Below are positions 20,274 through 30,042 of a stretch of DNA of 64,000 bases, piece after piece. Position numbers and translations under genes: made by a program. Numbering within the stretch: position 1 is the stretch's first letter; the number at the start of each line of letters is the position of its first letter. The DNA is taken from sequence record MW749003.1; one strand, 5' to 3'. Under the pieces are notes generated by a model that ran no database searches, was not told the origin of the DNA, and was given only the letters and a program-made list of their open reading frames with translations.

Positions 20274-20906
20274 ATGTTTCATTTGGGAGCAAGAGCAATT
20301 AAAAAAGAAAAATATAATGAGAGCGTTAGAAAATCATTTAGAAGCCATTTAAATAGTTTATTTGAAAGTGGATTTAAAAAAGATCCAGAAAATTTAGAAT
20401 CACTTAAATTTGCAATTCATATTGAGGATTTAATACTAAAGAGTAATTTTTATATTGAGTATTATGTTCCAAATAAGGGTTCTAATAAAGGTCAAATTAT
20501 GAGAGCAGATGACATTTTGAATAAGAAGAAGGGAATGGTACAAGATATTACTATACTTGAAAAATATGGTCATCTTGTTTCAGATGATTTAAGTTTTAAA
20601 AGAATTAATAAATACAATTATGGAAAAATTGCATTTAATACCAATACTTATGATATTGGTATTATTAGAGGATACTATGATGACAACACTAAAACAAGAA
20701 AGCGTTATAAAGTTGATTATTGTAATATTGGGGAAAATTTAACAATTAAAACAAGTGATTGGAACGAAGAATACTGTAAAGTTTATAATAGTAAAGATGA
20801 AATGATTATAGGTGTTGAGGAAGAACTATCAATGCATCCAGAAATTAATAAAGTACTAGAACACTTAGATTTTAAAATGGGAATCTTAAAATATAGAGGA
20901 AAATAA
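20274..20906 (+). CDS. hypothetical protein
   Basis: 210-aa ORF with SD. Confidence 0.55.
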   Translation: MFHLGARAIKKEKYNESVRKSFRSHLNSLFESGFKKDPENLESLKFAIHIEDLILKSNFYIEYYVPNKGSNKGQIMRADDILNKKKGMVQDITILEKYGHLVSDDLSFKRINKYNYGKIAFNTNTYDIGIIRGYYDDNTKTRKRYKVDYCNIGENLTIKTSDWNEEYCKVYNSKDEMIIGVEEELSMHPEINKVLEHLDFKMGILKYRGK

Positions 20907-20916
20907 AAATTAGGAG

Positions 20917-21618
20917 ATGACAACTATGAAAAAACTTCTTATTCTAACAATTCTGATTACATTACTAATTCCATTTAATACTATTGAAGCAAAATCTAAA
21001 GTTAATGCTCCTTTTGCAACAGTTATGGACACTACATTAATATTTAACGATCCAAAAGGAAAATCTAATCAAAGTACAGAATTTGTTTTATATGTAAAGA
21101 ACAAAGGTAAATATGAAGAATATGAATCAATTGAGACATATTATGGGGAATCTTATAATTTTATTAATGTTAGAAGAAACGGTCAGTATGCTATATCTAT
21201 TAGAAAAAATGGCAGAGAAAGTAGTCTGAAAAAATTTAATGTATCTAAATCAAGAGAAAAGGTAAAACTAAGTGGAAATATATTTGATACAAGAAGAGTA
21301 TATTCTCCTTTGCATGTTCTTATTGATAGAAAAGGTAACTTTCAAGTTGGTTTTAATAAAAAAGTATCAAATAAAAAAGTTAAAATTAAAATGTATACAC
21401 TTGAAAAGAATGGAAAAAGAAAATATAGAGGATCTAAAAGTATAAAAGGTAATAAACCTCATAGAATTGATGCTAAATTTAATAAAATTAAGAAGTCAAG
21501 AAATTTTATCTTTACTTATACGATTGGTAAAAAGGAAAGCGAATATACATTCTTAACATTTGATAAAGAAGGGAAGTATATTGATGAAGAATTTGTTTCT
21601 AAAAAAGGAAAGAGATAA
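20917..21618 (+). CDS. secreted, highly basic protein
   Basis: signal peptide MKKLLILTILITLLIPFNTIEA-K; Lys/Arg-rich mature part. Confidence 0.6.
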   Translation: MTTMKKLLILTILITLLIPFNTIEAKSKVNAPFATVMDTTLIFNDPKGKSNQSTEFVLYVKNKGKYEEYESIETYYGESYNFINVRRNGQYAISIRKNGRESSLKKFNVSKSREKVKLSGNIFDTRRVYSPLHVLIDRKGNFQVGFNKKVSNKKVKIKMYTLEKNGKRKYRGSKSIKGNKPHRIDAKFNKIKKSRNFIFTYTIGKKESEYTFLTFDKEGKYIDEEFVSKKGKR

Positions 21619-21837
21619 ATGAGTGCTAATAATAATAATAATACTGTTAAATTTCTCAATAAAATCATGGTTATATTATTAGTGATTGGAGGACTGATTT
21701 TTACGGTACTCTTTATTACTAGCTTTATTAGTGATGAAAGTTATTCATTTGTATCTACCCTCCTTATTGATTGGTTGGGTGTGATTTGTTTAATTGCTAC
21801 ATATAGCACAATCTTTTATTATATCACATTGAAATAA
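21619..21837 (+). CDS. two-TM membrane protein
   Basis: two hydrophobic helices. Confidence 0.55.
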   Translation: MSANNNNNTVKFLNKIMVILLVIGGLIFTVLFITSFISDESYSFVSTLLIDWLGVICLIATYSTIFYYITLK

Positions 21838-21935
21838 TAAAAGAAAAAGTGATTGATAATGGTAGAAAATAACCAAACTTTGAGGTATTAGTAGAGAATT
21901 ACACATTAAGCGCAGGGAGAGAGGGGTGTTTTAGG

Positions 21936-22145
21936 ATGGCATACACATTAATGGGGTACTTTCCTGTACTAAGAAGAAAGATGAATGCAGAATTTAAGCG
22001 GGTAGGGTTCAAGAATATCAAGGAAAAACGTTGGTTTTTCAACAAAGTTCTTGGAAAAACTCCATATTTAAACGACATGACTATTGCGGAGATGGAACAG
22101 GTTATTTTTGAGTTACAAAAGTACAATAACGTAAATGAAATTTAA
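21936..22145 (+). CDS. small hypothetical protein
   Basis: 69-aa ORF, SD agga. Confidence 0.4.
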   Translation: MAYTLMGYFPVLRRKMNAEFKRVGFKNIKEKRWFFNKVLGKTPYLNDMTIAEMEQVIFELQKYNNVNEI

Positions 22146-22208
22146 AGAAGGTCAACAAGTTGTTAAATAAGACTATACCATAAATTGGTATAGTCTTATT
22201 TTTTTTTT

Positions 22209-24470
22209 TTAATAATGAACTTTAACTAAATCATTTTTAATAATTAAAGTAAGATCATCTTTTGTAAATGTATAATTATTCTTTTTATCTAGTTCTAGAT
22301 TTTCCCACCAACTACCAGTAAGAACCTTAGAGATTTTTTGTGTATTTAGATCAATTGTTTGAGACATAATAGATTTTTTAGTGACATCAAGAACATTATT
22401 CAATGATTCCATTTTTTCTTTTTCAGTAATATTATCGTTATTTACAATTGCTTCACAAAATTTAATTGTATTTTTCATAACTTCAGCAGGTGCATTTTTC
22501 TTTTTATCATTTAGAACATCTTCAACTTTTGGAAGAGACGACCATCCTTTAAGTGTAAATTCCAATAAACGGCTCATATAAAAGTCATTAGACTCTACTA
22601 CTTCCCTTCCAATACCCTGATATTCTAATCTAGAGTTTAATCCATGTGCTTCTAATACTTTAATTTGATCAGCATTAAATTTTGCAAACTGTTCCGTTTT
22701 TTTCATGTTATACGATTTATTTTTAAATTCATTGATATAATATTTAATTACTTTTTGTTTAGCTTTAAGAACATTAATATCAAAAACAATATTTAAAATA
22801 ATTTCTGGATCGTTATTATTGGCATACATTCTATTAATAATTGGAAGAGACTCTAAATTGAAAGTAACATCAATACTATTTACTGTTTTTTGCCCATCTT
22901 CTTCATTCCAATTAGCGTCTAAATGTAAAATTAACTTATCAAAGTCAATAACACCTTCTTGATGAAGAGCTAATAGTTTATCATATGTGTCTTTATCAAT
23001 ACGAACAGTAATTTTATTTACATTAAGATTACCATCTTTAATAATAGTTTGAGTTCTATAGATACAAGAATCAATCTCTTTTGGAAGTTTTACACGTTTA
23101 GCTTCTAATGGATTAATAGAAACTTTTCCATTAATTTTATAACGGACACTGATATTTAAGTGTTTAGAATTGAAAATTAATTCATTCATAGGTGCTAGTG
23201 GTTTTTCATCACTTTTCTTAAATACATTAAAGGTATCAGTTACCTTTTTACCAATTCGATTATATTCACTACTATCTAATGGAATGTAATAGTTATTACC
23301 AGATGTTAGTACTTTTAATAAATCCATAACACAAAAAGCATCTTCTTTAGGGAGATAATCCTCTTCAGCCCTTCCATCTTTAAAGCGTGTTTTATTGACA
23401 AAAATAGCTTTATTGAGTTCTTTCATGTATTCTTGACGAGAATCAGCAGTAAAAGCCTCCATGTGTTTATCAATAAAGTACTTATCACCAATACTCATAT
23501 GCATAATGTCAAGTGATTCATCAGCCTTACCAGCATAATACAATTCATATGCTAAAGCATATTTAAAATTAGCTTCAGTAGTAACTGGAATTTTAGATTT
23601 AATCGAATCAATATTAATAACTTCATCATTTACTTTAATTTCTTTAGCATCAGTGATAATAAAGAATTGGTTTTTAATCTTATTCAAGAAATCTAGATGC
23701 ATTCTTGCTTCTTCAGAATACTTAGTATTTTTATTACTTAGGTATAAAATTCTTGAATTTTCATCAGCTTCAATAGTAACCTTCTCAGATACCATATCGC
23801 TTAAAATCTGGTAGTTATGGCTAAAAATATCATCATAGTCATTAATTTTACTAGAGTGAATTAAACGACCAAACATAGTTTGGGCGGACATTTCTTCTAG
23901 TAAAGCTCTATTATAGTAGTTTCCATATCCGATAGTATTCAAAGCCATAATATCATCTTTAATAGAATCAATTCTTTCCCAAATTAATTCATATTCTTTT
24001 CTTTCATTACTTACTACAGGAACACCATCAGTAAAAAAAGTCACATTAAAATTAGGACAGAGGGCTTTTAAGTCATCAATAATTTCTTTAACATGCAATA
24101 GTGATTCAGAAAAACAAGTAGCACCAACAGGTGATTTAAGAGTATCGAGTAAAATATTAATATCTTCAGAATCACGTTTTGATTTACCTTTAAACACTGT
24201 TTTACATTGACCTTCACTAGAGAACCAGATAACTGAAATTAGATCATTATCACTCATTAATCGTAATGTACCTTTAACATTTTCAATTAATTGTGGTAAA
24301 TCAGTATTCATTGACCAAGACCGATCTAATACATGGATATGATGCAATCTATCAACTTCAATACTACTTTCTTTTACTTCTTCTTTAGAGTAATTGATAG
24401 CAATGACAGTTTTTTCAGTATTTCCCAATTTAATTTGACTTTTATATGTTTTCATCATGTTCCTCCTCAA
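22209..24470 (-). CDS. von Willebrand factor A (vWA) domain protein, 753 aa
   Basis: MIDAS motifs VLDRSWSM, GAT, FFTDG. Confidence 0.8.
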   Translation of the reverse strand: MRRNMMKTYKSQIKLGNTEKTVIAINYSKEEVKESSIEVDRLHHIHVLDRSWSMNTDLPQLIENVKGTLRLMSDNDLISVIWFSSEGQCKTVFKGKSKRDSEDINILLDTLKSPVGATCFSESLLHVKEIIDDLKALCPNFNVTFFTDGVPVVSNERKEYELIWERIDSIKDDIMALNTIGYGNYYNRALLEEMSAQTMFGRLIHSSKINDYDDIFSHNYQILSDMVSEKVTIEADENSRILYLSNKNTKYSEEARMHLDFLNKIKNQFFIITDAKEIKVNDEVINIDSIKSKIPVTTEANFKYALAYELYYAGKADESLDIMHMSIGDKYFIDKHMEAFTADSRQEYMKELNKAIFVNKTRFKDGRAEEDYLPKEDAFCVMDLLKVLTSGNNYYIPLDSSEYNRIGKKVTDTFNVFKKSDEKPLAPMNELIFNSKHLNISVRYKINGKVSINPLEAKRVKLPKEIDSCIYRTQTIIKDGNLNVNKITVRIDKDTYDKLLALHQEGVIDFDKLILHLDANWNEEDGQKTVNSIDVTFNLESLPIINRMYANNNDPEIILNIVFDINVLKAKQKVIKYYINEFKNKSYNMKKTEQFAKFNADQIKVLEAHGLNSRLEYQGIGREVVESNDFYMSRLLEFTLKGWSSLPKVEDVLNDKKKNAPAEVMKNTIKFCEAIVNNDNITEKEKMESLNNVLDVTKKSIMSQTIDLNTQKISKVLTGSWWENLELDKKNNYTFTKDDLTLIIKNDLVKVHY

Positions 24471-24604
24471 GATTTTCAGTTTTACAATTGAGTGTTTGAA
24501 CTTCTCATAAAAAGTTAGGAGAAAACCGTATCAAAATTTTTTTATAAATATATATTATAATTGGGATAAATGGTACAATTTATTCGAAAAGGGGAGAAAA
24601 AATT

Positions 24605-25354
24605 ATGGGGAGAATTTTTATGGAGAGTGAACAAGGGATTGTGGAAGTGGAAGAAAAAGGAAATATTTATGAATTAACTGAAATCATGAAGGAAAAAGGT
24701 AGATCAGTGAAACTTAAGAAAACACATTTTATGGAAAGAGAAGAATTAGTGAAGTCTACGAATTTTAATTTAGTATCAAATAGCGTTATCACTAATTTTG
24801 AATTACAATTTCTAATTGGAGACAGTGATATTGTCAATAGGAAAGATAGTGATATAGAATTATTTTTCCACAAAAGATTAAAAGTATTCCTAACAGAGAT
24901 GTTAGTTGAAAAATTAACTAATAATGAAATTAAAGGTGCAACATATTCATTCTTTGGAAATATGGGAAATGAACATTTTGTATCACATATTGATAAAGTT
25001 CAAATTTTTAAAGATGAAAATAAAGTAAATTTTGTTTTCTCAAGTGTATTAGATGGAAAAATTAACAGCCTAGATGTTGATTTACATAAAATGAAAAATG
25101 AATTTCATGTTGATAAATTATTCAATATTATGAATAATATTATTGGTGAAGATGTTCATACTATTAATCTAAATTGTAGTTATAACACGCTTAATAATAG
25201 ACGATTATTTAGTGTAAATATGTTACCTCTACTTATTGGTTATAAAACTAGCACTACACAAACTGAAAATTATCTATGTACCTTCACAGTATTTGACATA
25301 AATCTTTGGAAAGAGCCATTCATGATAGATAAAGAGCTAGGAAGAAATATATAA
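24605..25354 (+). CDS. early hypothetical protein (family D)
   Basis: early promoter 24551; C-terminal ...TVFDINLW similar to the next gene. Confidence 0.5.
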   Translation: MGRIFMESEQGIVEVEEKGNIYELTEIMKEKGRSVKLKKTHFMEREELVKSTNFNLVSNSVITNFELQFLIGDSDIVNRKDSDIELFFHKRLKVFLTEMLVEKLTNNEIKGATYSFFGNMGNEHFVSHIDKVQIFKDENKVNFVFSSVLDGKINSLDVDLHKMKNEFHVDKLFNIMNNIIGEDVHTINLNCSYNTLNNRRLFSVNMLPLLIGYKTSTTQTENYLCTFTVFDINLWKEPFMIDKELGRNI

Positions 25355-25372
25355 ATTATTTAAATATGGGAG

Positions 25373-26173
25373 ATGAGTGAAGAAATGACACCAATGGAGG
25401 AATATAGAGGATTATGTAATAGTGAAAGCGTTCTAAGTATTTTTGATAGAAACTATAAATTTAGCGTTTCTAGAAATATTAAAGGTTTTAGCTTCACTGA
25501 GTCAATTAGAAATCCTTATGGCAACAATAAGATGAACATCGGATCCCTTTCACAAGATAAAGAAGACATCATTAATGTTATAGATTATAGCAGATTAGAT
25601 AAAGAATATAAATTGTCTAATCAAGTGGAATATGAATTCTTTATTAAAGATGTAAGAACTATTAATAAAGATTTTAAACTTTACAAAATATTCTTCTATA
25701 ATGTTATTAAAGAAATGATATGGGAGAGAATAAAGGAAACTCAAACATTTGACGGTTACAAAATCCCAGATAACCTTGAAATTAACTTAGTTGATACAGT
25801 TAATTTCATGAGTATTGACATTCCTTCAAGAATGGTGAATTTTGATGAAATTCATTATAGTTATGGTAGATTTAATGATTCTATTAGTATTGATTTTGAA
25901 TTTGCTAATAAATATATTGATTTAAATAAATTGATTAATTTAGTTAATTCTGGTATTGAAAATAAAGAGCTAATAGAAATAGAAATGTCTCTACATGCAC
26001 ATAGGAACTTTAAAGATAATAGAGATGATTATTTATTTGATCTACCAATATTTATGAATTGCCACTCAGATCCAATAGACCCTAGAGATTCTAAGGAGGA
26101 TTGGATAACAACAATGGCTATATTTAGTAATGAACTATGGGATGGAAATTATGAAAATTTTATAAAAAAATAA
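25373..26173 (+). CDS. early hypothetical protein (family D, probable paralogue)
   Basis: C-terminal ...AIFSNELW; similar size and strand pattern. Confidence 0.5.
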   Translation: MSEEMTPMEEYRGLCNSESVLSIFDRNYKFSVSRNIKGFSFTESIRNPYGNNKMNIGSLSQDKEDIINVIDYSRLDKEYKLSNQVEYEFFIKDVRTINKDFKLYKIFFYNVIKEMIWERIKETQTFDGYKIPDNLEINLVDTVNFMSIDIPSRMVNFDEIHYSYGRFNDSISIDFEFANKYIDLNKLINLVNSGIENKELIEIEMSLHAHRNFKDNRDDYLFDLPIFMNCHSDPIDPRDSKEDWITTMAIFSNELWDGNYENFIKK

Positions 26174-26317
26174 AAGGAGGGAGTGAGTACATACCGTACC
26201 CCACTGTCCTTCTTTTTTTTATTCTGATTTTTCAAATTCAATTAAATCTTTTCCCATTTATTAATCTCGTTTAAACTTCTACCTTAAATATAGTTATTTC
26301 TTAAATATTTCCTATAC

Positions 26318-26533
26318 TTAATGTTTCATTCTTTTATTTAGCTCTTCCACAACTTTTTCAATATCACTTTCAAACTTATATGAGGTTAAGAATGCATTAG
26401 GAGTAATTCTAGATTTTTCATTATATTGAATTAATACTTGGAATAAATTAAGAAGATTATTCTTTTTCATTTCTTCTAGAACAATATTATTCTCTTCAAT
26501 AAAACTAATTTTTTCAACAATATTAACACTCAT
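26318..26533 (-). CDS. small hypothetical protein
   Basis: 71 aa, coupled to upstream gene. Confidence 0.45.
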   Translation of the reverse strand: MSVNIVEKISFIEENNIVLEEMKKNNLLNLFQVLIQYNEKSRITPNAFLTSYKFESDIEKVVEELNKRMKH

Positions 26534-26723
26534 TATTCAAACCTCTCCTTCTGATCTCTTTATTTGTTAAATCTAAAATTGAATTTTGACGTTTGATATA
26601 TTCTTCTACAATATTACCACCAATTGAATGATCAAGAATTCTTCTCTTAGCATCCTCTTGGCAAGCTAAGAGAGATTCATTATCTAGATTCTTAATACTA
26701 TTGATATAAAATGATATATTCAT
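26523..26723 (-). CDS. small hypothetical protein
   Basis: 66 aa, SD gggga. Confidence 0.45.
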   Translation of the reverse strand: MNISFYINSIKNLDNESLLACQEDAKRRILDHSIGGNIVEEYIKRQNSILDLTNKEIRRRGLNNEC

Positions 26724-26732
26724 ATTTTCCCC

Positions 26733-27293
26733 CTAGAGACGATTATATTTAAGTGCCATTAATATTGAAGATTTACTAGCTTTATAGATTTTATTATCCA
26801 CTATTAAATTAAGAGCTTCCTCTTTTGTAAATGCTTTTACCTCTCCAATTTCACCTTTTTGTGGAATAATATCATCAATAGTTGATCTTTTTAATCTAGT
26901 AATAAAAGTAAAATCCCTTTTATACTTAATCTGACCTCTCTTTAAATAAAACTTATCAGTATAATCAACAAGTTCAACTGTATAAGTTTGTATACCTGCC
27001 TTAATTCCAAATTCTTCTTCTAACTCTCTTAAAGCACATCTCATTGGTGATTCTCCTTTTTCAAGACCACCTCCAGGAATAGTCCATTTATATTCTTCTT
27101 CACCATTTGCAATTTTCTCATGTACAAAATCTGGTAAGTCTGTTCTTGTTCCCAAAATAATTCTATCTTTATCATCTAGTAAAATAATACCACAACCAAT
27201 ATCTCTAAAACTACTATTGACCTTCTTGTTAACTGTGATATCTTTTACTTTCTCAAAGATTGAGATATCACTATCTTTTCTTTTTGGAATCAT
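26733..27293 (-). CDS. Nudix hydrolase
   Basis: Nudix box GGGLEKGESPMRCALRELEEEFGI; early promoter 27328-27335 (-). Confidence 0.9.
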   Translation of the reverse strand: MIPKRKDSDISIFEKVKDITVNKKVNSSFRDIGCGIILLDDKDRIILGTRTDLPDFVHEKIANGEEEYKWTIPGGGLEKGESPMRCALRELEEEFGIKAGIQTYTVELVDYTDKFYLKRGQIKYKRDFTFITRLKRSTIDDIIPQKGEIGEVKAFTKEEALNLIVDNKIYKASKSSILMALKYNRL

Positions 27294-27604
27294 AATTATA
27301 TTTCTCCTTTTTAAATTATTCTTTTTAATAATATATATTTAATGACTTATTTAAATAATTCTTTTTCTTCACATTAATTGGTTATGTATTTTTTATAAAT
27401 AATAAAAGATATCATTTTATATAACAACATGTTATATATTTGAATATCTTTTATTATTATTATTATTTTATTAAATAATATTTTTTTTTATTAATCCTTC
27501 CCTAAAAACCCCTATTATTAATTTTGTTTATTTTTTTATTTGCTTAAAAAAATTAGAGAATGGAACATTATATTAAATTTGATGGGAAGGATTGAGATTA
27601 GATC

Positions 27605-28933
27605 ATGAGCAATAAAACTTTTGTCTTAGATACATCAGTACTGTGTCATTACCCTGAATCATTATTTTCTTTTGAGGATAATAAGATTGTAATAACAGAA
27701 ACAGTTATTGAAGAATTAAGTAAGCGTAGAAAATCAAGTGATGAATCAGGAAAAAATGCTCGTGATGCTATTAGATATATTAATGAACTGAGTAAGCAAG
27801 GCAATATTACTGAAGGTATAGATATGGATAATGAGGGTATTATTGTCATTGAAACTAATTATGCTGATATTGAAATGCCAAATGGCTGGAATAAAAATGA
27901 TAATGATAATAAAATGCTTCAAGTCTGTCAATATTTAATAAATCAAGGTGAAGATGTACATTTTGTAACAAAAAGTCCTTTAAGAAGTCTTAAGGCAACT
28001 ATTCTTGAAATTCAAAATGAAGATTTTATTACTGATAGAGTCGAAGATGAATATTCAGGTAGACGAGATATCTTATTAACAGAAGATGATCTAAATTTAT
28101 TCTTCTCTGAAGGCACTATCGATACATTAACAACTGAAATGTATGATATAGACGGTAATATTATTGATCCTAGTATCTTAACAAAGAATGAATATATTAC
28201 TATAATGTCGAATACAGATTTAAATCAAACAGGTTTAGGTTACTATACAAATGGTTATATTAAAAAGTTAATTTTTGGGGAATATAACCCTTATCAAGTA
28301 CAACCTAAAAATGCGGCTCAAAGATTTGCTATTGATGCATTAATGCAAACTCCAAAAGAAACACCATTGGTAATACTAAAAGGTCCAGCAGGAACAGCTA
28401 AAACTTTTCTATCAATTGCTTCAGCACTAGATACAGTAGTTGATAGACAAGAATATAGACGGATTTTAGTTTGTAGACCAAATGTTTTAATGGAAGAAAC
28501 ACTTGGATTCCTTCCGGGAGATGAAAATGAAAAAATAGCACCATTAATGCGCCCTATTATGGATAATTTAGAAGTATTAATTGATGAACAATCAGTAATA
28601 AATAATCTATTTGAAACAGAAACTATCGTTACCCAAGCAGTTGGATACTTACGAGGAAGATCTATTCCTAATACTTTTATTATTATAGATGAAGCACAAA
28701 ATGTTACACCTAAAGCAATGAAAGGTATTCTTTCTCGTGTTGGTTATGGTACAAAAATTGTTATTTGTGGAGATACTGATCAGATTGATCATCCTTATTT
28801 AACTAAAACTGTTAATGGTTTAGCATATGCTTCTGATAAAATGAAAGGTAGTTCACTTTGTAGACAAATCACTTTTAAAACTGAAGAAAATCAAAGATCT
28901 CCTTTAGCTCAAGAAGTAACAGAACGATTATAA
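27605..28933 (+). CDS. phoH: PIN-PhoH (PhoH2/YlaK-like) protein
   Basis: N-terminal PIN FVLDTSVL; GPAGTAKT, LGFLPGD, YLRGRS, IIDEAQN, GDTDQID. Confidence 0.9.
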   Translation: MSNKTFVLDTSVLCHYPESLFSFEDNKIVITETVIEELSKRRKSSDESGKNARDAIRYINELSKQGNITEGIDMDNEGIIVIETNYADIEMPNGWNKNDNDNKMLQVCQYLINQGEDVHFVTKSPLRSLKATILEIQNEDFITDRVEDEYSGRRDILLTEDDLNLFFSEGTIDTLTTEMYDIDGNIIDPSILTKNEYITIMSNTDLNQTGLGYYTNGYIKKLIFGEYNPYQVQPKNAAQRFAIDALMQTPKETPLVILKGPAGTAKTFLSIASALDTVVDRQEYRRILVCRPNVLMEETLGFLPGDENEKIAPLMRPIMDNLEVLIDEQSVINNLFETETIVTQAVGYLRGRSIPNTFIIIDEAQNVTPKAMKGILSRVGYGTKIVICGDTDQIDHPYLTKTVNGLAYASDKMKGSSLCRQITFKTEENQRSPLAQEVTERL

Positions 28934-29050
28934 GAAAAACAAGGATTTGGTGGTTAATTATACCGCTGAATCCTTGTTTTTCCTATTTTTTAACAAAACA
29001 ATGCATTATAGGAATCTACAAATAGAATGTTGATATAAGGGGGATTAAAC

Positions 29051-29485
29051 TTGAGCAGAGAGAAAATTTTAAAGGAGACATTGCTTCTTAATTCATTATT
29101 AGAAGCAAAAGTAATATCAAGGGAAAATGTTTTATTAAAAATCGAAAAAATGGTAAATAGTATGAACCCGCCACCTAAAAAGGTTATTTTTAGAGCAGTA
29201 AAAGATAAACAAGATAATTTAATAGATATAGAAGTTGTTGAACCGCAAAGATATGGAAAAGAGAAAACACTAATGAGCATTCAAAATGTTTTTACAACTG
29301 ATTCAATTGAAAATACTCTAAGTGATATTGAGGCATCTTTTAAACTTGCAAATGAGTTTAAACCTATATTTAAAAAGGCAACTTTAAGAAAAAAGAAAAA
29401 TAATACTGAATTCTATTTTTCATTCCATGATAACAGACGTGTTTACAATCTTGAGACAGAAAAGTGGGAGAAAATGATAATGTAA
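29051..29485 (+). CDS. hypothetical protein
   Basis: TTG start after gggg SD; 144 aa. Confidence 0.5.
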   Translation: MSREKILKETLLLNSLLEAKVISRENVLLKIEKMVNSMNPPPKKVIFRAVKDKQDNLIDIEVVEPQRYGKEKTLMSIQNVFTTDSIENTLSDIEASFKLANEFKPIFKKATLRKKKNNTEFYFSFHDNRRVYNLETEKWEKMIM

Positions 29486-29533
29486 ATGAAATAACAGTTA
29501 AGTGATTTTAAACACTTAACTGTTATTTATTAA

Positions 29534-29956
29534 TTATTTCATTTTACCTTTCATATTTAGGAGTGGTTTAAAATTAACTTTAACTGTTTTAATTTTACCA
29601 TCTTTAGATCTATACAAAGCGTATACAGTTCTCATAGAACCTTTAGCTGTTGGACCTTCTTCTGTAATAACTACTTGACCATTAAAGGTTTTGAAGTTTT
29701 GAGTAGAGATCTTGGTGAGATTTCCTATAGAAAATGTACTTTTCATACTACTTGAAAATACTGCTTTTAGTTCTTCTGAGTCTTTTAATTCATTAACACT
29801 TTTTACTGGTGTTAATCCTTTCTTTTGAGCCTTAGCATTTGTTTCTTTAAGAGCAATTTCAATAGCTTTTTTAAGATCAGGCGCTCCTTTACTTACACGA
29901 ATTGCTTCATTAAACATAAATGAAGACTCAGCTAATTTTAACTGTTTTTCATTCAT
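29534..29956 (-). CDS. late hypothetical protein, probably head-internal
   Basis: late promoter at 29980-29991 (-); SD ggagg; N-terminal KLAES/MFNEA motifs. Confidence 0.55.
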   Translation of the reverse strand: MNEKQLKLAESSFMFNEAIRVSKGAPDLKKAIEIALKETNAKAQKKGLTPVKSVNELKDSEELKAVFSSSMKSTFSIGNLTKISTQNFKTFNGQVVITEEGPTAKGSMRTVYALYRSKDGKIKTVKVNFKPLLNMKGKMK

Positions 29957-30042
29957 ATGAAAACCTCCAATATTTGATATAATATATTGTTTATTGAAGA
30001 AGACAACAATTAATTATAAACTGGATAAGTAGGAGGATTATT

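Noticed and set aside
22199-22210. Long poly-T and poly-A runs (also about 54817-54838) as phase-variation tracts
   Set aside because: They are intergenic and follow terminator hairpins.
26733-27293. Nudix enzyme as the dTTPase of uracil-DNA synthesis
   Set aside because: Substrate cannot be inferred from the Nudix box alone.
27300-27600. Extremely AT-rich gap as a replication origin (also 52440-52760, 53020-53270)
   Set aside because: No iterons or DnaA boxes recognised; explained by divergent promoters and terminators.
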